Shown: piece after piece, positions 1 through 10,200 of the stretch | How positions within the stretch are numbered: position 1 is the first letter of the stretch | Layout: every line of letters starts with the position of its first letter | Assembly: GCA_937934445.1 (NCBI GenBank) | Contig: CALGZM010000066.1 | Location: 152,335 to 216,334 of the forward strand | DNA length: 64,000 nucleotides | Source: an uncultured Cloacibacillus sp. | GTDB lineage: Bacteria; Synergistota; Synergistia; Synergistales; Synergistaceae | Reading direction: 5' to 3' | Position numbers and translations under genes: made by a program | The notes under the pieces: model-generated | The model's database searches: none | What the model was told of the DNA's origin: nothing | Seen by the model: the letters and a program-made list of their open reading frames with translations, nothing else

Positions 1-193
1 TATCGCGTCCATCATAATCTCCCCTTTGTTCCGCAAAGTTTATCGCGCCTCGCCGCGGCCTCCGACACGCGGCACGCTCTGTATTGCTGAATGAATTTAT
101 AAAGTCCGGCCCAAAATACCGCCTCGCGATTTTTTATGGGCGACGTGTTGATTTTACCGCATTGCGCGATCCTTGTGCGTTTTTGCTCGTTTA

Positions 194-236
194 AGAAAAA
201 GCCGCCGCCCTTCGCCTTTCGGCTGGGGACGGCGGC
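194..236 (-). terminator. Rho-independent terminator after the PP2C/HydS operon. On the minus strand a GC stem (GCCGCCG...CGGCGGC) is followed by a U-run.
   Basis: Inverted repeat gccgccgccc...ggcggc at 201-236, immediately followed (minus-strand sense) by TTTTTC. Confidence 0.55.
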
Positions 237-261
237 AGTTCGAGGCCGTTTTGCGCCGAGT

Positions 262-1452
262 TTAATAATATTTCTTCTCTACGCAGCGCCCGAGTTTTTC
301 CATTGACTCCGCGAGGTCGTCGAGCAGGCGGAACTTCACGCGCAGCTCGGTGGGGAAGTCCGCGTTTTGGTGCGCCGTGTTGACGGCCTTGCCTATGAAG
401 AGCTTCAGGTGCGTACACTGCTCTATGAGCATTTTCGCAAGCTTTGCCGCTCCGTTCCCGCTGTCGAGCTCCGCCGTCATTTCTGGCACGGCGGGGCGCG
501 TGCGGTATTCCTCGACGAGCTCTATGGCGCGCTTAAGTGTCAGCACGCCCTCTGTGACAAGGTCGATGCCGTCTATCGTCGCAGTCGGAGGGATGTCCGC
601 GTCGGTGTAGTCGATGTTGACGCGCAAGGGCCGCTTGAGCTCGCGCGAGAGGATCTCGGAGCTGGTGCCGCCGCTGACGACGTGCAGCCCCGGCGTCTCC
701 ATGTATTCGCGCACGAGCCGCGAGTCGTCCTCGGGGTTCTTCGGCGGGCCGGAGAAGAGGCTGACAGTCTGCGGCGTCATGATGTGCGCTATCGAGACTG
801 TCGTGTCGTCTCCGGGCTTGCCGAGATAGAGGTCCTTTGCAACATCCAGCACGCGCTCGATGACGCGCGGCGCGGACAGTTTCTCGCCGCACGGGCCGCA
901 GAGAAATTCGGCGACTTCGTCGCAGCCCCAGCCGAAGGCGAGCGTCTCGCCCATCCCAGCCTGCGTCACGCCGTCGCTGACTATGACGAAATAGTCGCCC
1001 GGCTTCGCCGTGAAACGGCTCTCGCGCACAAGCTTGCCCTCTATCGTCTTTTCCTCGTAGTCGAACGGGACGTGCCGCCCGTCGCGTATCAGCATGCAGG
1101 GCGGGTTGTCGTACTCCACAAGGTAGCCTTTGCCGTCTTTGCTTATATGCAGGATCATGAAGGTGGAATAGGCGATCCCGCGCACCTTGCAGACGGGCAG
1201 GGTGTGGGCTATCGTGTCTACCGTGTCCTCGATGGATGCGCCGCGGCTTATCATCGTCGAGATTATCTTCGACGTGAGCGTTGAAAGTATGTTCGCCTTA
1301 ACGCCGCTGCCGAGACCGTCGGAAAGGACGAGCAGCATGCTCTCGGGCGTGTTTATGACTTCGACCCGGTCGCCGCAGAGCTCCTCGTTCTTTTTCAGCA
1401 GGCTGTTATAGCATGCGTCTATGCAGAGGCTTTCATTCGTTGTTTCCATCAT
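262..1452 (-). CDS. PPM/PP2C (SpoIIE-type) serine phosphatase with a C-terminal domain of unknown function. Analogous to hfsC of the sensory-hydrogenase module.
   Basis: DGLGSGVKA and GDYFVIVSDGVTQ metal-binding motifs typical of SpoIIE/PP2C. Overlaps the upstream HydS gene by 20 nt. Confidence 0.72.
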   Translation of the reverse strand: MMETTNESLCIDACYNSLLKKNEELCGDRVEVINTPESMLLVLSDGLGSGVKANILSTLTSKIISTMISRGASIEDTVDTIAHTLPVCKVRGIAYSTFMILHISKDGKGYLVEYDNPPCMLIRDGRHVPFDYEEKTIEGKLVRESRFTAKPGDYFVIVSDGVTQAGMGETLAFGWGCDEVAEFLCGPCGEKLSAPRVIERVLDVAKDLYLGKPGDDTTVSIAHIMTPQTVSLFSGPPKNPEDDSRLVREYMETPGLHVVSGGTSSEILSRELKRPLRVNIDYTDADIPPTATIDGIDLVTEGVLTLKRAIELVEEYRTRPAVPEMTAELDSGNGAAKLAKMLIEQCTHLKLFIGKAVNTAHQNADFPTELRVKFRLLDDLAESMEKLGRCVEKKYY

Positions 1453-3157
1453 AGACTATCAGGTCCTTGAGCTTCGTCAGCGTCACTTTCGTCTCGGCCG
1501 TCGTCTCTCCAAGCAGGCTCGCTATTTCCTGCGCTACTGTCATCTGTTTGTCGATGACGTTCTGCGCCATCTCCATAGTCTCCAGCTTGAGCTTGTTGAC
1601 CGCCTCGGCCTCCGCCTCCTGTTTTGTAACGTCATGGAGGAAGGCTATAGCAAGCCCTTGCTCCGGTATGTAGACGACCGTTTGATTGACTATTATGCCG
1701 CGATCTTCATAGCTGGCCTTATGCAGCGGAATGCTGCGCTCCTCGGCGATCGCCAGCGCGAAATCAACGGGGTCGAGGAACTCTTCGATTCGCCGCCCCG
1801 TAATCTCGCTGCGCGTCACCTTAAGCAGATGCTGCGCCGCAAGGTTGCATTCGCGGACGCGGAGGTCGCGGTCAACTGCTATTATGTAGTCTGGGCTGAC
1901 GGAGAGTGTGACGTTCGCTAGAGTTTCCGATATCTGCGACATATATGGCAGGCACATGTAGAGCTCGGCCTTCCCCTGATATACTGCTATCGCCTTGTCG
2001 CGGCAGGTACGGTAGCCGCAGCTGCCGCAGTTCAGCTCATGCTCCGGCTTCGTCTTGCCTATCTGCGCCAGTATCTCTTTTATCTTCGCCTCGCTCGGTA
2101 TGTCTTCCTTAACCGGCGTCGGGACGATGCGGCGGCTGAGGTCGAGGGCGGAGAAGTCGCCTTCGCGGACGTTCTTTTCGCCTGCTAGGTAGCGCGTCAT
2201 ATTGACGCCCGTGCTTACTGGGCGGTAGTCCATTTCGGGGCGTTCCGGCCCGTTGATGCAGCTCCCGTAGCATGCGCTCGCCTCTATGAAGCAGTCGTGG
2301 ATGTGACCGCCCTCCATCTCCTGCAAAAGCTCGATGAGGTCTTTCGTCCCCTGCACTCCCAAGAAATGGTACCTGCGCAGGGCTTCGGAATCGGGCGAGA
2401 GGTTCGCCGTCACGTCCTTGACTATGCCGTCGAATATCGGATAGACTGCCGAGGCGCTCGGATCGTTGCCGAAATACCCTTCGCCGCATTCTTCGAGGAC
2501 TACGCCCTCCCCGTTGAACCACTCAGCAAGCTGGCGGAAGGTCAGAACGCCGTCGATATAGCGTTTCTCGGATATGCGCGCTTCTTCTATCTTGGATATG
2601 CACGGAGCGAAGAACACCACGAGGGCGTCGTCGCCGTACTTTTCCTTCAATATCTTGCCGTGAGCCTCCATCGGCGACAGCACCGGCGCGAGCTGAGGCG
2701 TGAGGTTGGGGAAATATTTTTGCACTAGGAAGACGACAGTGGGGCAGCAGGTGGTGATGAAATTGTCCATAGCCCCTTTCTCAAGCAGCTCGGCGTATTT
2801 CTTCGTCACGGCGTGCGCGCCGACCGACGTTTCCTCGACGGCGTCGAAGCCGAGCCTGCGGAGGGCCTCCGCCATCTTCATACGGTTCTCGGGCTTGAAT
2901 GAGGCAATATAGGACGGGGCGAGCGCCGCGACTTTTTTGCGCGCGCTCGAGCGCACGGCCTGTTTTATCCCGCTCACGTCGTGGACGAGCGACTTCGCGT
3001 GCTGCGGGCAGTTACGTATGCAGCGGCCGCAGAGCACGCATTCGCCCTCTAGGACTTCGACGTGGTTGTCGCTGTATTTTATCGACTTGACGGGACATAC
3101 CTTCAGGCATTTGTAGCAGTTCTTACAGTTGGCTTCCGCGACGTTGATATACTTCAT
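1433..3157 (-). CDS. hydS: Sensory [FeFe]-hydrogenase-like protein (HydS-type, analogous to hfsB): two 4Fe-4S ferredoxin motifs, an H-cluster domain and a C-terminal PAS domain.
   Basis: N-terminal CKNCYKCLKVCP and CVLCGRCIRNCP motifs; TTCCP and APCISK H-cluster-like motifs; C-terminal PAS-like region. The ORF-track start at 3262 is a spurious extension. The likely start is the ATG at 3157 (MKYINV...), which overlaps the upstream gene's stop as ATGA. Confidence 0.82.
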   Translation of the reverse strand: MKYINVAEANCKNCYKCLKVCPVKSIKYSDNHVEVLEGECVLCGRCIRNCPQHAKSLVHDVSGIKQAVRSSARKKVAALAPSYIASFKPENRMKMAEALRRLGFDAVEETSVGAHAVTKKYAELLEKGAMDNFITTCCPTVVFLVQKYFPNLTPQLAPVLSPMEAHGKILKEKYGDDALVVFFAPCISKIEEARISEKRYIDGVLTFRQLAEWFNGEGVVLEECGEGYFGNDPSASAVYPIFDGIVKDVTANLSPDSEALRRYHFLGVQGTKDLIELLQEMEGGHIHDCFIEASACYGSCINGPERPEMDYRPVSTGVNMTRYLAGEKNVREGDFSALDLSRRIVPTPVKEDIPSEAKIKEILAQIGKTKPEHELNCGSCGYRTCRDKAIAVYQGKAELYMCLPYMSQISETLANVTLSVSPDYIIAVDRDLRVRECNLAAQHLLKVTRSEITGRRIEEFLDPVDFALAIAEERSIPLHKASYEDRGIIVNQTVVYIPEQGLAIAFLHDVTKQEAEAEAVNKLKLETMEMAQNVIDKQMTVAQEIASLLGETTAETKVTLTKLKDLIVYDGNNE

Positions 3158-3402
3158 TTCCAGCTCCCCATGACTACGTCTCTGAAAAACTCCTCGACAT
3201 GATCCGGATCGACGAAATGTATTTCTCCGTCGACCTTTACCGAGACGCCGTGTTCTTCGCACCGTCCCATGCAGAACGAGCCGGAGAGCTTGATCAGCTC
3301 GGACATGCCGCTCTCATTTACGAGCTTCGTCAGCCCCTCTACGACACGGCGCGCGCCCTTTATATGGCAGGAACTTCCGACGCAGATTACGACTTCTGTC
3401 AA
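3154..3402 (-). CDS. Thioredoxin-like [2Fe-2S] ferredoxin (NuoE/HndA-like, analogous to hfsA).
   Basis: 82 aa with CxxxxC...CxxxC cysteine pattern (CVGSSC, CMGRC). It is the first gene of the operon and is followed by an AT-rich promoter region at 3403-3500. Confidence 0.68.
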   Translation of the reverse strand: MTEVVICVGSSCHIKGARRVVEGLTKLVNESGMSELIKLSGSFCMGRCEEHGVSVKVDGEIHFVDPDHVEEFFRDVVMGSWK

Positions 3403-3499
3403 ACCGTTTCACCCCGCAATGAAAATAATGTACTCCATCTATATTTTATCAGAAAAAACATATTTGTTATTAAATTCACAGAGAAAGGCGCAGTCGGCC

Positions 3500-4084
3500 C
3501 TAAAGGCGGTCGAACGCTCCAGCGGAAAGGAAGAAAAACCACGGGGCGGTGACGGCGGCGAGCGCGAGCGAGGCGCAGCGGCGCTGCTTGTCCGTCAGTT
3601 CCGCGCGCCGGAAGCAGACATTATAATTCTTCCGGTAAATGACGAATGCCGAAAGGGCGATTGAGGCCAGCGTCCACGGCATGGAGGAGAGGCTCCCGGC
3701 GGGGGTTACCGTCAAGTCGCGCGCAAGGCAGTCGAGCCAGACCCTAAACGGCCCGCCGTCGCAGAAAGAACGGGCCAGCTCCGGCGCGAGCATCATCGCC
3801 GCCCCGGCGAAATCCGCGGCGAAGCCCCATAGCCACGTCTGTACGATTGAAGTCTTGAGCGCCTTTTTAATTTCCCGCGCCCCGGAGAGGCGCAGTGCGA
3901 CCGCGGATACAGTCAGATCCACGATGAAATTCGCCGGAAGCGTGAACAGCCAAAGCAGCGACGGCATCATCCACAGCAGCCACAGCGGAAGTATAAGGTT
4001 ATAAAGCTTCGTCCCGCGCCTCATCGCACGCGCCTCCTTCGCACAGACTGCGCATATTATCCTATGCGCGCGCCGCGGACGCAA
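3500..4084 (-). CDS. Hypothetical integral membrane protein with about 4-5 TM helices. The start may be the internal Met at about 4024.
   Basis: Hydrophobic segments (LILPLWLLWMMPSLLWLF, WLWGFAADFAGAAMMLAP, LASIALSAFVIY). It lies just downstream of the tpsA terminator. Confidence 0.4.
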   Translation of the reverse strand: MRPRRAHRIICAVCAKEARAMRRGTKLYNLILPLWLLWMMPSLLWLFTLPANFIVDLTVSAVALRLSGAREIKKALKTSIVQTWLWGFAADFAGAAMMLAPELARSFCDGGPFRVWLDCLARDLTVTPAGSLSSMPWTLASIALSAFVIYRKNYNVCFRRAELTDKQRRCASLALAAVTAPWFFFLSAGAFDRL

Positions 4085-4162
4085 CGGCGGAACGCAGACG
4101 GTATTCTGGCGTGGCGCGCAATCTGGCGCAGAACGCGGCAGTGATTCTTCGCCAGACGATAC

Positions 4163-4198
4163 AAAAATTCCCGACGCCGGAACTTGCCGGAGTCGGGA
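4163..4198 (-). terminator. Rho-independent terminator downstream of tpsA.
   Basis: CCCGAC-GCCGG-aactt-GCCGG-aGTCGGG hairpin followed (minus sense) by AATTTTTG. Confidence 0.55.
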
Positions 4199-4220
4199 AG
4201 CTGATGCTCCGCCTGACGTT

Positions 4221-7200
4221 TTACATGTTTTCGTTGTATTCCATGCCGCCGTCCTGGAAGTATATCTCAGCCTTGCGCTCGCGGAAGTTCCACTTGCGGC
4301 TGTACGGCGCGTCGTCGTACAGCCAGCCGTAGTTGAACGATGAGTCCGGAACCGGTACGAAGACGTGCAGGCTGCCGGTTGCGACGTTTACGTTGTAATT
4401 CGCGAAAACGCCGTGGTGGCCGCTCCAGTCGTGCGTGCCGTCGTAGTAGTACAGGCCGTCGACGACGACGCCTATCTTGCCAGGGTAATGTCCGGCGTTG
4501 TTCAGCATCTCTGCATCTTCAATGCCAAAGGCGTGCATGAAACCTGACAGGTCATCTCCGTTTACGAGGCTGCCGTTGAGCTCGTCGTATGTCGTCCCCG
4601 TGTACTCGGGCTCGCGGCCTACCCTAGTCAGCTTGTCGTGCGCAGTGATGAAAAGGTCGGCCTTCTCGACGGTCGCCATCCCCTCATTAACCGCTTCGAT
4701 CTCGTAGTTGCCGAGCTCTATGCCGAAGAGGTTTGTCAGTATCGACAGGACGCCGCTCACACCCGCATTGCCCGTAACTCTGTCTCCGCCGTCCTCTATC
4801 GCGGCGGTGTTATCATAGACGACGTCGCCGATCTGCGCCTTGATTTCGGAGTCAGAGTCGCCGTTTGTAACGCCTACGAGGTCGTAGTAATACTTGCCCT
4901 TGTCGAACCGTGTGCCGTAGGTGGTCTCTACATTACCGGCGTTGACTGTAAGCTTCGCCTTATTGACTATCGAGCTTCCCGTGGCGATCTCATTGATGTC
5001 GTAGTTATGTGCGAGCGCTGCGGCGTCTATCTTTGCAGACCACGAATGTCCTCCTGCGTTATTCGTATATTCGCCGATTACGGCTTCGTCGCCGATAAAC
5101 TCGGAAATGCTGATTTCATCTCCGGTATAGATAAGCTTGTCTCCGTTGACTAGTTTGTGCAGCCAATTCGTATCGACTGAATAAGCGCCGTCCGTCAGCG
5201 TTGTGTCGCCGTAGGTGCGGCTCACTCCGTTGAGCGAGACCGTCAACGCCGCCTGCGTCACCTCTATGCTGCCGTGGGCGTCAGTATCCGCCAACGTGTA
5301 GTTGCCGGCGTCTTGGCCAGTGAGAACGAGACCGTCCGCTTTAAGGCTGTTCTCGTACCTTCCGACGTCAGCCGTTGTGCGTGCGCCTCTGTTCTCTTCA
5401 TACGCGCCAGTTACAGAATACGTCCCATCGAAATTAAGTTCCACATTGTCGCCGTACACGATGCTTCCTCCTGTAAGGCTAGCCTCTTCGTTCACTGTCA
5501 GCCCCTTGCCGCCCTGGTCGCCGTAGACGATGGTCGCCCATAGTTCTCCCATCCTGACAGGTTTCTTTTTTACATGCGATTCTCCACCGGTGAAAGTAAT
5601 AGCATAGTTTTTATTCACGTTGTCCACGCCGTCCAGCACGCCGCTCCATTCATATTTGCCAACGTCTCTTGTGCGTGTCTCATCGGAGGCCGACTCCAGG
5701 GCGCCGTCGGCTATATTGCCGATGGTCAAATCGTTTTCATCGTCTCCGTTAGTCATGTCCGTAACTGAGGTTATTTTGTAGCTGCCTTCCGCCGGTTTTA
5801 ACGTACCGTAGATCCTTGTAACTTCGTCGAGCGTTACTTCAAGACTCGCCTTATCAACCTGAATGCTTCCGGTATTGTCGCTGTTGAGCTCGTAGTTGCC
5901 TGCGTCGCCGCCGCCGAGGGCGAGGCCCGTTACGTTCAGGCTGTTTTCATAAAGGCCCGTGTCCGCCGTATCTCTGTCGCCTTTGTTAGTCTCGTATGCG
6001 CTTCCTCCGATTACGTTTAGCGAGGCGTTCGCTGTCTCCAGTGTTACGATGTCGTCATCGTACGCTACACCTTCAAGCGCCGCGCTGCCTTTCAGTTTCA
6101 GTTCTTCTTTGCTTCCGTAAACGATGCCTGCAATGAGGTCGGTTACGGAAAGATTGCGCTTATTAACTGACGACTTGCCCGTGTTAATAACGGTAACATT
6201 GTAGTTTTGCGTAAGGTTTTCGACGCCGGTAAGATCTGTGGCTGCTATCTTCCACGTATAACCGCCCTCTTTTACGTCGTTCGTCTTGCCTCCCAACACG
6301 GCATCGTCAGTCACGGCCTTTGTATTAACTGACAGCCCTTCGTCGCCGTTGACGAGCGTTGTCCCCTCGGCGTAATCGAACGTGTAGCCGCCTTTTGTAA
6401 TCTTTGTATCTCCGTATGTGCGTTCCACGTCGCCGAGCGCGATTTTCAATTCCGCAGGATTGACTGTAATTTTGCCGCTGATTGTGTCTGTGTACGTATC
6501 GGTTCCTTCGACGAAGGTATAGTTGTTTTTGTCAGATCCGCCGAGGGATACCTCTATGGAGACGGCATTCTCGTAGGCGATAATATTGCCATTTTGATCA
6601 CGCTTCACGTCGGCGGTGTTACGGTTGCCTTTGTTACTCGCGTATTCGCCGTTTAGATTATCGTTGATCATGGGAGCGATATCCACTATCTTCTGACCAT
6701 TATAAGCCAGATAGATGTCATCACCTTCGACTACGTTTATCAGCAATGTACCGTCTTCTCCGATTGTGACGTCATCAAACTTTGTTCCGCCATATATGAT
6801 GTCTGCGGCAATATCGCTGATGTCGATGGTGCGGCGCTGAACGCCGGCTGTCAAGCTGATGTCATAGCCGAGGTTGTTCGGGGTGAACGATGCACCGTCA
6901 CTGCTTCCGGCTATCTGGGCAGAGGCGAGCCAGTTGCTGTAACTGTTGGCGTTTATCTGTCCTTCCGTGTTGAAGATCATGGCGCTGTCGCCTGTCGGGC
7001 TGGATGCATTTGTTGTGTTGTTATGCGCTAAGAAAGCGTCAGTCCATCCATTGGGGCCGGTGATGAACCCTTTTTCTATCATCTCACCGATGTAGAGGTT
7101 CTGCTCCTTCCCGTTGTAGACGAGATTTTCTTTCAGATAGTCTGCAAGCGATGCTCCATCTTTTCCTATATCGTTGAATTTCAGGTCGGTCAGGAATACG

Positions 7201-10200
7201 TCGAGCATCGGTGTGCTGCTGCCGTCGTAATTTTTCCATTCCGAGTTGAAGCCGTTGTAGCTCTCGCTGAGTTTCTGCTTGTCGTCTTCGATTTTTGTCG
7301 CAGAGTCGTCGTCTGCCGCAAAGGTATATACGTTCGTCACGTTTTCTTCGCTGGCGTTGTTCTCGCCTATCAAATTGCCGTCGGCGTTCGTCGCGTAGAC
7401 GTTGGAGATTCTCCCGTCTGCTGCGTTGTTTCCTATGGCGTTGCCAAAGGTCGCCGTCCCTATTACGTAGGTAGTGTTGTATGCTTTGGAGAGCTTGCCG
7501 CTGTTCATGCCTATGAGGCCGCCGACGTTGTTTCCGGTTCCCGTTACCTTCGCTTCTACTGTGGCGAAGAGCGACGAGTTCTTGAAGTCTCCGCTGTTGC
7601 TGCCGAAGAGACCGCCGACGTCGCCCGCGCCGTTTACCGTGCCACTGTTGGTTAAGACGGAGTTTTCGGCGCTTCCGCTGTTGACGCCGAAGATGCCGCC
7701 TGTGTCTGACTGGCTGCCTCCGTCTACCGTGCCGCTGTTGACGAGTTTGACCCAGTTCATAGCGTCCTTATTTTCGTAGAATATGCCTCCTGCGCTGCCG
7801 TCCGTAGCTTTTACTACTCCGGCGTTCGAGAGGGTGAGTTTGTCGTTTTCATCCTTGCGTTGCAGCAATATGCTGTTCTGATTGATTCCCGCGATGCCGC
7901 CGACGTTGCTCTCGCCGACGACGTTACCGGCGTTGATTATTTCTCCGGTGAGGTTGCCTATGCCTTCTTGTACACTATCCTCCGTGCCGTTCATGCCGAC
8001 TATGCCGCCGACGTAGGAGGCGCCCTCTGCCGTTATGTTTCCGGTGTTGGATGCGTCGGTTATCGTACCTTTGTTCTGTCCCGCGACGCCGCCGAAGTAT
8101 TTAGCGTCGCTGTCTTTAGCATACAGGGTCATGTCTGTGTTGGTATTCTCTATTTTACCGGTCAGCTCGTTGATGCCGGCAATGCCGCCTACGAACTGCT
8201 GCCCGTAGATTTTGCCGTAATTGATTAGGTTGTCGCTTCCGCTGATTGTCCCTGCGTTGTCGCCCGCGATGCCGCCGACGTAGTTTTCGCCGGTGATGGC
8301 GGCGAATACGGAGTTTACAAGGTTGGATATCACCGAGCTTGCTCCGTTGTTGCCGACCATGCCGCCGACGTAGTTTCCGCCGTTTATTGTGCCTGCGTTG
8401 CGTCCGCTGTCGATTTCACCGCTGTTCGTGCCGGCGATGCCTCCGACGTTGCTGCCTGCGGCGGTTATTGCGGTGGTGTTGACGGCGTTGTTCATCTCGC
8501 CGTCGTTTGCCCCTGCGACGCCGCCGACGTTGTTGCGGCCGGAGACGATGCTTTCGTTGTAGAGGCTGCTCATCGTGCCATGGTTTTGCCCCGCGATACC
8601 GCCGACGTTGTCGACGGCGGTTCCGCCGTTTGTTACGCCGAGGCTGTTGGCAAGGTACACGTTGCCGCTTTCTTCGTTTACGCCGACGATGCCGCCGAGT
8701 GCGGTGTTTGTGGTATCGGCGTTAGTAGCAGAGGTGACGGCGCTCTCAGAGGTTATAAAAGAATCTTCTCCGCCGCTCTGCGCTTCGCCTATTGTGCCGG
8801 CGTTGGAGCCTGCGACGCCTCCGGCCGCGCCGTTGTTGGCTATTACGGAATCTGATGCTGCGCTGTCGGTTATCGTGCCTGCGTTGGTTCCGGCAATGCC
8901 GCCCGCGTTGCCGCCAGCGCCCGCTTCGACATGGTTGCCGAAAGTCGTCACGCCGGTGATTTCGGCATTTTTATCAGTGACGGCTGCTATCGCGCCTACG
9001 TTTCCGTTTCCTTCGGTGTTGCCGAAGAACTTCGAAGCGTAGACGCGGAGGTCTTTGACCGTGCCGCTGAGTTTGCTGAATATTCCTTCGCTCGCGCTGT
9101 TGTTGTCCTGCGCATCGCTGTTGAGCCCGATGATGCGGAAATCGCGCCCGTCAAACGTGCCGGAGTAGCCCGCGTCGCCGCCGATGGCGTCGTAATCCGT
9201 CAGCTCAGTCGCGTCGATATTGCCCTTGAGCGCGAAGTTGTAGCCGAGGATGCCGCTCTCTTCGTGCATATCCTTGTACAGTTGTATCCCTTTTAGCTGA
9301 TCTGCGTCGCTTATCCAAATATGGGTTTTACCGGCGAGATCATCTCCCAGCCCCTTGATTGCATCAGAGAAGGTTGTGCCCGTTATGTTAAATTTGTCGA
9401 GGGTAAAACTGTCCTCTTCCCACATGTCCACGGCGAGTATTGCGTCGTCGTTCTTACTCGTTAGTTTTATGCCGTTGCCGCTGTCTTGTTTATGGTTCGC
9501 GAGGAATTCGATTAGCCTCTTTGCGCCGTATTGGTCGTCTTGCGCCTCTCCCGCTGCGGCTATGTTGGAAATATCGAACAGCGCTTCGCCGTCTGCCGTG
9601 AGCGAAATGCCGCCTTTCACGCCGCCTAGGTCGCTGTCGACGTAGACGCTGCCGTTTTCAGATGTAACGGAGAACGCGCTGCCCGAAACCACGCTCCCGG
9701 TCGCTAGGTTGCCGTAGAGTATATCGGCGTTGCCGGAGGCAGTGACGGTAATGGCTCCGTCGGTTTTCGCCTTGCCGGTTGTGCGGGCGTACGCGTCGGA
9801 GACGGTCGAGACGGCTTCCTTTGGATTTGAGAGTTTGGTAAAGAAGCCTGTGAGGTCATCCGCCATCTTTTTCGCGATATTTTTTACCGACTTTTCGCCA
9901 TCTTGAACGGATGATTCCAGCTTCCCGATGATTTCTATATCATCGCCATTTATGAAGAGGCCGCCGTTGGTCGACGTGACGTTGCCGTATATCACCGCAT
10001 CGCCGTTTGCGTCGATTTCTACATTCGTGCCGTAGAGCTTAGCGCTGCTTCCGAGCTGGAATGCCTCGTCCACCGCACCATTTATTGCAAGTTCGCCGTC
10101 CGCATAGAGCGTGCCTCTGTAATACCCGACGTCTGTGCCGAAGTGATTAAGCGTCAGGCCGCCGCCGTAGACCGCGAAGCTCGCGTTGCCGGAGCTGGTT

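Noticed and set aside
1-190. Possible gene start on the minus strand at about position 24 (GGGAGATTATGATGGACGCGATA) running off the window.
   Set aside because: Only about 8 codons are visible, which is too little to call. I noted it only as the expected location of an hfsD-like partner.
367-1284. 305-aa plus-strand ORF antisense to the PP2C phosphatase gene. The same applies to many other long antisense ORFs: 13407-14159, 14199-14981, 16020-16481, 20677-21501, 27846-28583, 34602-35366, 40932-41834, 41641-43152, 46632-47375, 53769-54803, 57303-58157, 59606-60283, 60280-61056 and 62245-62922.
   Set aside because: All lie fully inside, and antisense or out of frame to, genes with strong family-level signatures. 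Their translations are Arg/Ala/Pro-rich low-complexity sequence typical of shadow ORFs in high-GC DNA.
3158-3262. 35-aa N-terminal extension (MRRTRRLGKGRRR...) on the HydS-like ORF.
   Set aside because: It is Arg-rich junk overlapping the upstream hfsA-like gene. The Met at 3157 starts the ferredoxin-like domain and forms an ATGA coupled junction.
4221-4700. I looked for a CdiA-type VENN motif and C-terminal toxin domain, plus an immunity gene, at the end of tpsA.
   Set aside because: No VENN/pre-toxin motif was found in the last 400 aa. The C-terminus consists of MBG-like repeats and an aromatic-rich tail. The downstream gene is separated by a terminator and is a polytopic membrane protein, not a small cytosolic immunity protein.
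8507-8725. Cys/Arg-rich small ORFs (e.g. MPLRRRRRCCGRRRCFRCRG...) inside tpsA.
   Set aside because: These are frame-shifted readings of the GGC/GCC-rich glycine-repeat DNA of tpsA, not metal-binding peptides.
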